A stretch of DNA of 32,000 nt from Limnohabitans radicicola (GCF_014837235.1 NZ_JACYFT010000001.1:477688-509687), one strand, 5' to 3'; shown: positions 10,880 through 19,568, counted from the first letter of the stretch. Program-made: numbers and translations. The notes: generated by a model from the letters alone, not told the origin.

Positions 10880-12016
10880 TCAGCGGCTGAGGATCAGGTT
10901 GTCCCGGTGCACCATCTCGGGCTCGGCGGTGTAGCCCAGCAGGTTTTCGTATTCGTGCGAAGGCTTGCGGCACAGCAATCGGGCCTCGGCGCTGGCGTAG
11001 TTGGCCAGCCCTCGGGCGATTTCAATGCCCTGCGCATCGCGGATGGCGATCACATCGCCGCGCGAAAAATCGCCATCGACCCCTGTCATGCCGATCGGCA
11101 ACAGGCTCTTGCCCTCGGTCAGCACCTTGTGGGCTGCGCCTGCATCCACCGTGACCGAACCTCGCAGCTGCAAATGGTCGGCCATCCACTGCTTGCGGGC
11201 CTGTTGCTTGGCCGTTTGCGCCACCAGCAGCGTGCCCATGTTGTCGCCTTGGCACAAGCGAAGCAAAGCATCAGGCTCCCGCCCCCAGGCGATCACGGTC
11301 GATGCACCCGATCCAGCCGCACGTTTGGCGGCCAGGATTTTGGTGATCATGCCGCCCTTGCCAATGCTCGAGCCTGCGCCGCCCGCCATGGTCTCCAGCA
11401 CCGGGTCCCCGGCACGGGCCTCGTGCACAAAAGTGGCTGCCGGGTCCTTGCGCGGGTCGGCGGTGTACAGGCCCTTCTGGTCGGTCAGGATGACCAACAC
11501 ATCGGCTTCCACCAGGTTGGCCACCAGGGCGCCCAGGGTGTCGTTGTCACCGAACTTGATTTCGTCGTTGACCACCGTGTCGTTTTCGTTGATCACGGGC
11601 AGCACGCGGTGCTGCAGCAAGGTCAGCAAGGTCGAGCGGGCGTTGAGGTAACGCTCCCGGTCGGCCAGGTCGGCGTGCGTGAGCAGGACTTGGGCACTGC
11701 CCATGCCGTTTTCGCGCAGTTTGGTTTCGTACATCTGCGCCAGACCCATCTGGCCCACGGCAGCAGCGGCCTGCAGCGCGGGCACTTCGCTGGGGCGGGT
11801 GGTCCAGCCCAGGCGCTTCATGCCTTCGGCGATCGCACCGCTGGAGACCATGACCACCTCTTTGCCCTGCCCCACCAGCAAAGCCATCTGGCGACACCAC
11901 TCACCGATCGCAGCCTCGTCCAGGCCACGGCCTTCGTTGGTCACCAAGCTGGAGCCCACCTTGACCACGATGCGACGGGCATCACGCAAAACGGAAGAGA
12001 GGGCAGGAGTGGTCAT
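10880..12016 (-). CDS. proB: glutamate 5-kinase
   Basis: Start at MTTPALSS (12016). [14 protein letters not shown]-kinase fold and a C-terminal PUA region ([21 protein letters not shown]). Confidence 0.93.
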   Translation of the reverse strand: MTTPALSSVLRDARRIVVKVGSSLVTNEGRGLDEAAIGEWCRQMALLVGQGKEVVMVSSGAIAEGMKRLGWTTRPSEVPALQAAAAVGQMGLAQMYETKLRENGMGSAQVLLTHADLADRERYLNARSTLLTLLQHRVLPVINENDTVVNDEIKFGDNDTLGALVANLVEADVLVILTDQKGLYTADPRKDPAATFVHEARAGDPVLETMAGGAGSSIGKGGMITKILAAKRAAGSGASTVIAWGREPDALLRLCQGDNMGTLLVAQTAKQQARKQWMADHLQLRGSVTVDAGAAHKVLTEGKSLLPIGMTGVDGDFSRGDVIAIRDAQGIEIARGLANYASAEARLLCRKPSHEYENLLGYTAEPEMVHRDNLILSR

Positions 12017-12065
12017 GCTCGAAATGGTTGCGGCCTCAGTCAAAGGCCAGGATGGTGCGGGCAGG

Positions 12066-13178
<1,113 letters not shown>

Positions 13179-13278
13179 TTATCTGAGGGCGATGTCGGAG
13201 AGGACTGATGGACTCGCCAGAGGCCAGAAAGCGAAAAGCCCCGACGGGCGGGGCTGATTCGCTGGAACGGAACCTGGC

Positions 13279-13539
13279 TTAAACGGCCGGGGTCACATTC
13301 ACAGTGTGCTTGCTCAGCTCGCCTTTGACAGCAAACGACACGTGGCCGTCCACCAGGGCAAACAGAGTGTGGTCCTTGCCGATGCCGACGTTGTTGCCTG
13401 CATGGAACTTGGTGCCACGTTGACGAACAATGATCGAGCCAGCGCTGATCAGTTCACCACCGAAAGCCTTGACACCCAGCATCTTTGGCTTGGAATCACG
13501 ACCGTTGCGCGTAGAGCCGCCGCCTTTTTTCTGTGCCAT
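13279..13539 (-). CDS. rpmA: 50S ribosomal protein L27
   Basis: [24 protein letters not shown]...[14 protein letters not shown]. Confidence 0.97.
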   Translation of the reverse strand: MAQKKGGGSTRNGRDSKPKMLGVKAFGGELISAGSIIVRQRGTKFHAGNNVGIGKDHTLFALVDGHVSFAVKGELSKHTVNVTPAV

Positions 13540-13551
13540 GACCTATTCTCC

Positions 13552-13863
13552 TCAGGCAGAGATGGCACCGATTTGCAGTTCGGTGAACTGCTGACGGTGA
13601 CCCTGACGTTTTTGATAGTGCTTACGACGACGCATCTTGAAGATGCGCACTTTGTCGTGCTTGCCATGCGCCACCACAGTGGCTTTGACAGTCGCGCCGG
13701 ACACCAGGGGCGTGCCGATCTTCAGGTCTGCGCCGTTGCCGACTGCGAGAACTTGATCGATCACGATTTCCTGGCCAACGTCCGCAGCAATCTGTTCTAC
13801 TTTAATTTTTTCGCCAGCAGCAACACGATACTGTTTGCCGCCGGTTTTTATGACCGCGTACAT
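13552..13863 (-). CDS. rplU: 50S ribosomal protein L21
   Basis: Internal start [14 protein letters not shown] at 13863, 103 aa. The longer ORF upstream is a non-coding extension. Confidence 0.95.
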   Translation of the reverse strand: MYAVIKTGGKQYRVAAGEKIKVEQIAADVGQEIVIDQVLAVGNGADLKIGTPLVSGATVKATVVAHGKHDKVRIFKMRRRKHYQKRQGHRQQFTELQIGAISA

Positions 13864-14056
13864 AAATGACCTCTTGAATGGAAGTTTCCCAGGGCTCATC
13901 CCAAGGAACCTGCGATTGTAGCACGGCATGACCTGAATGGCCAGCGAGGGAGCCACCAAGCTGCTGGGGGCCCTGGGCAGACCTATAATCCGAGCCAATT
14001 TAGAGGGTTTTCCCGCCCTCACCCGCACCACAAGTGCTTTCAGCAGGATTTTCAAG

Positions 14057-15040
14057 TTGTCTGCCCCCGAAAACAGTACCGCCACTGTCCTCGCCCTGGT
14101 CGCCCAGGACATGGGCGAAGTCGATCGCGTGATCGCCCAGCGCCTGGATTCGGGTGTGCCCCTCGTCGGCGAAGTGGCCCGCTACATCATCTCGGCAGGA
14201 GGCAAACGCCTACGCCCCGTCTTGCTCTTGCTGACCTGCGGCGCCCTGAGCTACACCGGATCGCAGCGTCACAACCTGGCTGCGGTGGTGGAATTCATCC
14301 ACACCGCCACCTTGCTGCACGACGATGTGGTTGACGAGTCCACCCTGCGCCGTGGCCGCCCGACGGCCAATGAGAGTTTCGGCAACCCTGCCAGCGTGCT
14401 GGTGGGCGATTTTTTGTACTCCCGAGCCTTCCAGATGATGGTCGACGCCGACAGCATGCGGGTGATGCAGGTGCTGTCCGACGCCACCAACGTGATCGCC
14501 GAAGGCGAAGTGTTGCAGTTGATGAACATGCACGACGCTTCGCTCGACGAAGAAGGCTACCTGCGCGTCATCCGCTCCAAAACCGCCAAACTGTTTGAGG
14601 CCAGCGCCCGACTGGGGGCCATTCTGGCTGGCAGCGACGCCGCTGTTGAAGCCGCCTGCGCCGATTACGGGCAGGCATTGGGCACGGCGTTCCAGGTCAT
14701 CGACGATGTGCTGGACTACGACGGCAACGCGGCCGAAATGGGCAAAAACCTGGGCGACGACCTGCGTGAGGGCAAAGCCACCTTGCCTTTGATTTTGGCC
14801 ATGCAACGCGGTAACTCGACCCAGAGCCAGACCGTGCGCGAAGCCATTGAAAGCGGCAGCGTGGACAAACTGAGCGAAATCGTGGCGATTGTTCGCGAGA
14901 CAGGCGCCTTGGACGGCACACGACAAGCCGCCGCCGCAGAAGCCCAGCGCGCCATTGACGCGGCCATGCAATTGCCCGACAACCGGTACCGCACAGCCAT
15001 GGTGACGCTGGCGTCACAGTTGCTGGAGCGTCGGACTTGA
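14057..15040 (+). CDS. ispB: octaprenyl-diphosphate synthase (trans-polyprenyl diphosphate synthase)
   Basis: Two DDxxD motifs ([19 protein letters not shown]). Divergent from rplU as in many proteobacteria. Start uncertain: TTG 14057 gives about 327 aa, matching IspB length; ATG 13937 would consume the rplU promoter region. Confidence 0.85.
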   Translation: MSAPENSTATVLALVAQDMGEVDRVIAQRLDSGVPLVGEVARYIISAGGKRLRPVLLLLTCGALSYTGSQRHNLAAVVEFIHTATLLHDDVVDESTLRRGRPTANESFGNPASVLVGDFLYSRAFQMMVDADSMRVMQVLSDATNVIAEGEVLQLMNMHDASLDEEGYLRVIRSKTAKLFEASARLGAILAGSDAAVEAACADYGQALGTAFQVIDDVLDYDGNAAEMGKNLGDDLREGKATLPLILAMQRGNSTQSQTVREAIESGSVDKLSEIVAIVRETGALDGTRQAAAAEAQRAIDAAMQLPDNRYRTAMVTLASQLLERRT

Positions 15041-15056
15041 GAACCCCAGCGCCGTT

Positions 15057-15374
15057 TCATTCAACCACGACTTTGCAGGCATCCCGAATCTTGAGTTCGG
15101 CCCGTTTTTCCTCGCAATAACGCATCGCTCGGCGCGCACCCTCTGCGGCCATGCGGATGTGCACCGAGCATTGGAGCGTGGCTTTGTCCGACTCGCCATC
15201 ACCGTCAAATGCTGCAGCGCAACGGCTCTGATCGCTCATGTCTGGTTTATTGAGGAGCCAGACCCGCTTGAGAAAATCAGGCAACGCTCTCATGTGCACC
15301 GTGGGGTAAGGTTCAGTGGCACCTGCGCCCAAGGCCAGCAAACACAAGCTCAAAAGGCAGATTTTCTTGATCAT
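15057..15374 (-). CDS. hypothetical secreted protein (signal peptide, 4 Cys)
   Basis: MIKKICLLSLCLLALGAGA signal peptide. Host-like GC. No family recognised. Confidence 0.5.
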   Translation of the reverse strand: MIKKICLLSLCLLALGAGATEPYPTVHMRALPDFLKRVWLLNKPDMSDQSRCAAAFDGDGESDKATLQCSVHIRMAAEGARRAMRYCEEKRAELKIRDACKVVVE

Positions 15375-15490
15375 GGGATGACTTTAGAACAATCCCGTTG
15401 ACAGCAAAAGGCCATCCGGTAGCCAACACCCGAAAACCCTGAGCCAGATCAAAGGATGAGCCGAAACCGAGCATCCTGCCTTGAGAAAAA

Positions 15491-15538
15491 TGGTCGGGGT
15501 GAGAGGATTCGAACCTCCGGCCTCTACGTCCCGAACGT
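15491..15538. repeat. distal att repeat (displaced copy of the tRNA-Pro 3' end)
   Basis: tggtcggggtgagaggattcgaacctccggcctctacgtcccgaacgt matches 26051-26098 exactly; identity ends at 15539/26099. Confidence 0.95.
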
Positions 15539-15551
15539 GCCTGACTATGGT

Positions 15552-15574
15552 CTAAGCTGTTGATTTTATTGAAG
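15552..15574 (+). repeat. 23-bp island-end motif CTAAG(C/T)TGTTGATTT(T/C)ATTGAAG, left copy
   Basis: 21/23 identity with 26024-26046 in direct orientation. A partial third copy (AAGTTGTTG..ATTGAA) lies at 17844-17861. Confidence 0.85.
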
Positions 15575-15584
15575 TTTTACGTTA

Positions 15585-15606
15585 TGTAGTTTAGTTTGTA
15601 GTTTAT
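15585..15606 (+). repeat. two tandem TGTAGTTTA(G/T) motifs (candidate arm-type integrase/RDF sites)
   Basis: TGTAGTTTAG at 15585-15594 and TGTAGTTTAT at 15597-15606, period 12 bp. Confidence 0.85.
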
Positions 15607-15691
15607 TAAAGGCTGAATGCAAACCAAAGAAAAGACGCTGTCTAAGCTGCAAAAACGTGTCTGTCAGTGTGCCATAAAAGCCTCTACGTTC

Positions 15692-15712
15692 AGCGTCGAT
15701 TTTTAGGACGCT
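15692..15712 (+). repeat. 21-bp palindromic element, copy a: AGCGTC GATTTTTAG GACGCT
   Basis: Perfect 6-bp arms (7 bp with the flanking C/G). One mismatch to copies at 20614-20634 and 20141-20161 (reverse). Intergenic. Confidence 0.9.
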
Positions 15713-15840
15713 GCTACGTCATTGAAGCACAGCAGATGGGCTCTGCTGCCCCCACACAAGCCCTACAGCACGTCGATTGCCGACGCTGTGCTCGCCTCGT
15801 TAAAGGGCTCTGCCATCGACAGCTTGTAGGGTGGTTAGAT

Positions 15841-15872
15841 TAAAAGTGGTGGGGGTTAGGTTCTCCACCACC
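15841..15872 (-). terminator. rho-independent terminator downstream of the 161-aa minus-strand gene
   Basis: On the minus strand: GGTGGTGG-agaacctaac-CCCCACCAC followed by TTTTAAT. Confidence 0.6.
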
Positions 15873-15876
15873 TTCG

Positions 15877-15914
15877 AAAACTGCAGCAGAAATTTTTTGA
15901 GTGCTGCAACCATT
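15877..15914. repeat. about 38-bp CTGCAGCA hairpin repeat, copy A
   Basis: aaaacTGCAGCAgaaattttttgagTGCTGCAaccatt has a 7-bp stem. It aligns in blocks with 19244-19283 (aaaactgcagca / gaaattt / gag / ctgcaa). Confidence 0.7.
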
Positions 15915-15937
15915 TTCACTATGCCTCTCATCCCCAC

Positions 15938-16423
15938 TCACCACTTTTTTGCAGTAGCTATGTTTCTCGCCGAAAAACCCACTTTTTTGGGTGGTTTGAG
16001 CGGATTTGATGGCAACGCTTGGGGCTGTGCCGATGCTGTGGGCGCTGTGGGCGCTGTGGGTTGGGCTGAGGGTAAGGGCTGCTGATGTGCTGTGGGTTGG
16101 GTAGTCTTTGCCGAAAGCTGTTGAGGGGTGGCTGCACGTGGGGGCTGCTGCTGAACACCCACAGCTGATTTCTGTTGCTGCTGTTGTGGGGGTGCTGCTT
16201 TCTTCGGTGGGGGTGGTGGGGGTAAGCGAAGCGAGGGCGCTGCACCCTTAGTCTTTCGTTTGCCACCCTTCAATTTTGCTGCACGTTGCGCCGCTGCTTT
16301 GCGTTCTGCTTCATCGCGTGCTTGCTGATTGATAGCAGCCCACACGTTGTCATTGATGAGCTTCCATAGTGCCATCTGCTCTTCTGCACTTGCAATTTCC
16401 ATCATTCTCATCGCCATCTCCAT
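15938..16423 (-). CDS. hypothetical protein: helical N-terminus, Lys-rich linker, Pro/Gln-rich low-complexity tail
   Basis: 161-aa ORF followed by terminator-like hairpins. The tail contains PPPPPPKKAAPPQQQQQ and PTAPTAPTA. No family recognised. Confidence 0.5.
   Translation of the reverse strand: MEMAMRMMEIASAEEQMALWKLINDNVWAAINQQARDEAERKAAAQRAAKLKGGKRKTKGAAPSLRLPPPPPPKKAAPPQQQQQKSAVGVQQQPPRAATPQQLSAKTTQPTAHQQPLPSAQPTAPTAPTASAQPQALPSNPLKPPKKVGFSARNIATAKKW
16035..16061. repeat. three tandem copies of a 9-bp unit (GCTGTGGGC) inside the P/Q-rich CDS
   Basis: gctgtgggc gctgtgggc gctgtgggt encodes PTAPTAPTA on the minus strand. Unit length is in frame. Confidence 0.85.
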
Positions 16424-16476
16424 TTCTTATATTTATCGTCAAAGCCTTTGGGTGGTGATGCATTAACTGACTTTGG

Positions 16477-16485
16477 TGCTATAGT
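16477..16485 (+). promoter_or_regulatory. candidate extended -10 (TGCTATAGT) for the 2TM/HEPN-like operon
   Basis: TGn-TATAGT lies 65 nt upstream of ATG 16550. No good -35. Motif-level call only. Confidence 0.3.
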
Positions 16486-16549
16486 TGTTGGGGCATTGAG
16501 CTGTCTTTAGCCTCTTGTTAATGTCTTCGAAAGAATGAGGAGTTTGATT

Positions 16550-16759
16550 ATGTCTAAGATTTTTCCAAAATGGATTAGTCCTCGCGCATTTTTTCTTGCT
16601 GCTTTGATTTCTGTTCTTCCTTCTTTTGGAGCTATAAATTTCAGCGGCTTTTCTGCAGAAGTAATTGTTCAGCTATTGCTGCAAGCATTCTTCGGCGGGT
16701 TGTTTTGGGGCTGGATTTTTACGAAATTTCTACCCAAATATTTCGGTAAAAAAGATTGA
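16550..16759 (+). CDS. small 2-TM membrane protein, hypothetical
   Basis: ATG 16550 preceded by GAGGAG at 7-nt spacing. 69 aa with two hydrophobic helices (FFLAALISVLPSFGAI; LLLQAFFGGLFWGWIF). Its stop abuts the next gene. Confidence 0.55.
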   Translation: MSKIFPKWISPRAFFLAALISVLPSFGAINFSGFSAEVIVQLLLQAFFGGLFWGWIFTKFLPKYFGKKD

Positions 16760-16764
16760 ATTGT

Positions 16765-17238
16765 ATGGAGTTAATGCCTGCCGAACTTAGGGCTGAATGG
16801 GCTCCTATTGTTGGTAATTTTATTATCGAGTTTGGAGAATTGGAGTCTGCAATTAGTGAGGTTGTTAGACTGAGTTCAACCCCCAGCCAATTTGAAATTT
16901 TATATACTCTTAACTTTGTTAAGAGGTTGGATTTGGCGGAGGCTGCTCTTGTTGAATGGAATAATCATTCCAAAGAGTTAATAAAAGAAGCTTTTAAGAA
17001 AATAAGAGATGTAGTGGCGAAAAGAAATATTATTGCTCACAATGGTTTTTCCATTAATATTTATGAGTTAGAGGGAGGTGAGACTCGGTATGAGTTTGGA
17101 ATGACGCCTTCGTATAAGCAAAGTAGTATTTGGCTTACTAAAGAGCATTTAGAGCGAGATACGGCATTGCTTGTAGAGTTTATTAAATCAATTATTGAGT
17201 GGATTCCCAAAGACTGCGTTGCAAATAAGGTTAGGTAG
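16765..17238 (+). CDS. hypothetical protein with HEPN-like R-x4-H motif (candidate RNase/toxin)
   Basis: About 157 aa, predicted helical. KRNIIAHNG (R 17023-17025 to H 17038-17040) fits the HEPN RNxxxH signature. Start ambiguous (TTG 16756, ATG 16765 or 16774). Lies in a very AT-rich block. Confidence 0.5.
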   Translation: MELMPAELRAEWAPIVGNFIIEFGELESAISEVVRLSSTPSQFEILYTLNFVKRLDLAEAALVEWNNHSKELIKEAFKKIRDVVAKRNIIAHNGFSINIYELEGGETRYEFGMTPSYKQSSIWLTKEHLERDTALLVEFIKSIIEWIPKDCVANKVR

Positions 17239-17322
17239 GTTTCAGATTTACGACACTCCTTAAACCATACTGAGCTTCCAACAGCCACTTTGCGCGGTTG
17301 ATGTCCTCTGCTTGCACTTGTG

Positions 17323-17373
17323 TTCGAACGAGGACGGTGCTGCCACCGCCCATTCGAACGCGGACGGTAGCAG
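17323..17373. repeat. two direct repeats TTCGAACG(A/C)GGACGGT(G/A).. with 30-bp period
   Basis: ttcgaacgaggacggtgctgc (17323-17343) and ttcgaacgcggacggtagcag (17353-17373), in a convergent intergenic region. Confidence 0.8.
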
Positions 17374-17388
17374 TAAAGCTCAGCAGCT

Positions 17389-17829
17389 TCATTTCTTAAA
17401 GCCACTACGCAGCTTGTTGCTGACAGCGTCAATCTGTGCATCTAAGCTGCCCTCTTCGACAGCTTGCTTGACGATTTCCAACGTGGGCAGCAGCTCATCG
17501 ACGGACGACAGCTCAATGGCATTTTTCCCTTTGCTGATTTCGATGACTTTGGCACCGTAGCGGATTGACAGATTGAGCTTGCCGTCCGCTGTTTTCCACC
17601 ACCACTGTTTCACCTTCTTTGCCGTTTCGATGCTGCGGCGTTCGCCAGTCTCTGCATCTTTTACAGATTTGAATTTGGTAGGTGCATACACACGCCCTTC
17701 GGCTTGTGCTCGTGCCAACTGCATCTGCTCGAACAGCTTTGTGCTCAGCTTGTTGCGACGCTGCTGCGTAGGGGTTTGAGCTGTAGCACGCTTAGCTACG
17801 ACGAATTTGAGGTTTGCGAGTGCAGTCAT
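17389..17829 (-). CDS. hypothetical protein (146 aa, basic, WWW motif)
   Basis: GGAG lies 6 nt upstream of the ATG. RRNKLSTKLFEQMQLA...KVKQWWWKTADGKLNLSIRYGAK...AVEEGSLD resembles uncharacterised proteins I recall from proteobacterial integrative elements; no family name asserted. Confidence 0.6.
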   Translation of the reverse strand: MTALANLKFVVAKRATAQTPTQQRRNKLSTKLFEQMQLARAQAEGRVYAPTKFKSVKDAETGERRSIETAKKVKQWWWKTADGKLNLSIRYGAKVIEISKGKNAIELSSVDELLPTLEIVKQAVEEGSLDAQIDAVSNKLRSGFKK

Positions 17830-17843
17830 TCAATGCTCCAAAA

Positions 17844-17869
17844 AAGTTGTTGTGTATTGAATGTAGTTT
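17844..17869 (+). promoter_or_regulatory. partial island-end motif plus TGTAGTTT in a divergent promoter region
   Basis: AAGTTGTTGtgtATTGAA immediately followed by TGTAGTTT (17862-17869), between divergent genes starting at 17829 (-) and 17969 (+). Confidence 0.6.
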
Positions 17870-17968
17870 CAGAGCTTGGCGATGGACAACCGAAAAAGGC
17901 TGCATCGTGTGGCTCTTTTCTCACACCGAAAATTCGTCTCCTTTTATTTGGTTTTGCTAAATAGCTGT

Positions 17969-18496
17969 ATGAAGCCAACAGCAGAACACGTCCGAAATTT
18001 CCTCAACGAGCACAGCCAACACATCACGCATTGGGCAGTGGCACACACGCCGTTCCACACCTACAAAGCAACACCGCAGCAGCTCGAAAGGATGAAGCAC
18101 GAGGCACAGAATCAGTGTCGATTTTTTCGACGCTCGTTCAGCCAATTTCTCTATCAAGCAAAGGCACTCCGCAAACCCGAAATCTACAGCCCACTACTCA
18201 TCACAACCATCGAAGGCGTAAAAGCATCTCCATTCACACAAGACACCATCCACTTCAATTTCGCAATAGGCAACGTCCCACGCTGCATCAGCACTGACGA
18301 GCTACGGCAAGTGTTCGAGCATTGTTGGGTTGATAAGGCAAAGCTCAGCGGCAAGAACTTATGGCTGCAAGCTGCAGACTGCAGCCGCAACACGCATTGG
18401 CTCAACTACATCACCAAAGAAGCAGAGATAGGCAACATAGACACGTGGGATTTCCAAAACACGCAAATCCCACACGTCGCACTCGCAGCAGACTGA
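17969..18496 (+). CDS. hypothetical protein, possibly HUH/Rep-like (YagK/YfjJ / inovirus Gp2-like layout) with a degenerate HUH
   Basis: 175 aa from ATG 17969; alternative starts are TTG 17876 and ATG 17882. The order PLLITTIEG ... IHFNFAIGN ... WLNYITKE resembles Rep motifs I / II (H-U-H, here H-F-N) / III (YxxK). Weak, motif-level only. Confidence 0.4.
   Translation: MKPTAEHVRNFLNEHSQHITHWAVAHTPFHTYKATPQQLERMKHEAQNQCRFFRRSFSQFLYQAKALRKPEIYSPLLITTIEGVKASPFTQDTIHFNFAIGNVPRCISTDELRQVFEHCWVDKAKLSGKNLWLQAADCSRNTHWLNYITKEAEIGNIDTWDFQNTQIPHVALAAD
18114..18134 (+). repeat. 21-bp palindromic element, copy c: AGTGTC GATTTTTTC GACGCT (inside the Rep-like CDS)
   Basis: Two mismatches to the copy at 20614-20634. 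Encodes QCRFFRR in the plus-strand gene. Confidence 0.8.
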
Positions 18497-18556
18497 AGTT
18501 AGCTGTGCAGTTCCCACAAGCCCACGCAGATGATGGGTAGTGCTGTCGCTTTGATG

Positions 18557-19183
18557 TTATTTCTGAGACTTTGCAGAAGATAGATGCATTGACTGATGCT
18601 CCCAAATTAAATCAAGCACCGCTTTGTCTGGCTTGCAGATAGATGGCTTGCCTACTGAGGTGAATATGACAGCTCGCAAGTGTTCGCAGTCCTTCCGACT
18701 TTGAATTCCTTCATTGAAGAAGCCAGACTTTTGGATGTTTTGTGTCCAATCATATTGTCCTTGTAGTCCGATGAGGAATGTTGCTGATTCACCGTGCTGT
18801 AGCTTGTGTGGGAGTTGGGGATTTCTAACAACAGAGTCAGACGTAGAGACGTCTTGTATTGCCCATCGTTTCTTTTTGAAAGGCAAACTCAAGCACCAAG
18901 CAACATTCACAATAGTCGCTGGTGTTTCACCTTCATTGACAGCATTGAATGTTAGGTATTCTGGTGCTTTACCTTGCTGTTGATACCAGACTATGACTCT
19001 GAGAGAGCAAGAAATCTTTAGCAAAGGAGATGGACGTCGATTGGCAAGGAATAGGCTCACTACAACTGCAGCGAGAGTTCCAACGGCGCTTCCAATTTGG
19101 GCGTAATCAACGAGTGTTTGAGGATAGAAGCTTGGCTCAGTCATCATTCGTATGTGTTGTGTGTGGTTATAGACTTTATACAT
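18557..19183 (-). CDS. hypothetical membrane-anchored protein (single N-terminal TM)
   Basis: 208-aa ORF with TM helix IGSAVGTLAAVVVSLFLA followed by a beta-rich-looking domain. Weak SD. No family recognised. Confidence 0.5.
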   Translation of the reverse strand: MYKVYNHTQHIRMMTEPSFYPQTLVDYAQIGSAVGTLAAVVVSLFLANRRPSPLLKISCSLRVIVWYQQQGKAPEYLTFNAVNEGETPATIVNVAWCLSLPFKKKRWAIQDVSTSDSVVRNPQLPHKLQHGESATFLIGLQGQYDWTQNIQKSGFFNEGIQSRKDCEHLRAVIFTSVGKPSICKPDKAVLDLIWEHQSMHLSSAKSQK

Positions 19184-19243
19184 CTACATCCGTAGTGGTG
19201 GGTAAAAATCACCATACAGACGAAAAAATACCCTATACCTAAA

Positions 19244-19283
19244 AAAACTGCAGCACAGAAATTTGAGGACTGCAAACCCAATT
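19244..19283. repeat. about 40-bp CTGCAGCA repeat, copy B
   Basis: aaaactgcagcacagaaatttgaggactgcaaacccaatt aligns with 15877-15914. On the minus strand it is followed by a run of 7 T. Confidence 0.65.
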
Positions 19284-19425
19284 CGAGCTGCAAGCACGCA
19301 GCATCACGCAGACGCAGCAAAACACGCTACAGCACGCTTTTAGGGGCGCGTGCAGCGTTGGGTAGCGAGTAGGGTGCTAAATAGCTTGTAGGGCTTGTTT
19401 TGCTCAGTGGCGCTGCTGCCACACG

Positions 19426-19456
19426 AAACTACATAAAAGTAGGGTTTTCTGTAGTT
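19426..19456. promoter_or_regulatory. inverted pair of TGTAGTT(T) motifs upstream of the small recombinase gene
   Basis: AAACTACA (19426-19433) and TGTAGTT (19450-19456), about 110 bp upstream of ATG 19569. Confidence 0.6.
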
Positions 19457-19568
19457 CTTGCATAACACGTTGAATTTATTGAGATTTTTGCACGTGCCTT
19501 TTTCGGTTGCTCTTTGAAAACAAAGAAAACAAACTGCAGCTCTGTATTTATTTGATTTGGAGCAACAG

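Noticed and set aside
13937-14056. Upstream ATG 13937 as the ispB start
   Set aside because: It would add about 40 atypical residues and remove the space needed for the divergent rplU/ispB promoters. TTG 14057 gives a canonical IspB length. This remains uncertain.
15539-15574. Possible second tRNA or tRNA pseudogene continuing from the left 48-bp repeat (CTATGGTCTAAGCT resembles the D-arm region CTACCAGGCTAAGCT)
   Set aside because: The anticodon stem cannot pair and there is no acceptor 5' strand. The similarity is more simply explained as attP-derived sequence.
15685-15720. CTACGT on both sides of palindromic copy a, suggesting a MITE-like insertion with a target-site duplication; removing it would leave GCCTCTACGTC, identical to 11 nt of the tRNA core
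   Set aside because: Copies c, d and e have no flanking duplication, so a transposition footprint is not supported. The 11-nt match could be chance or an old secondary att remnant.
15831-16085. 84-aa plus-strand ORF overlapping the 3' end of the P/Q-rich gene and its terminators
   Set aside because: It spans two terminator hairpins, has no SD, and its sequence looks like an antisense artefact.
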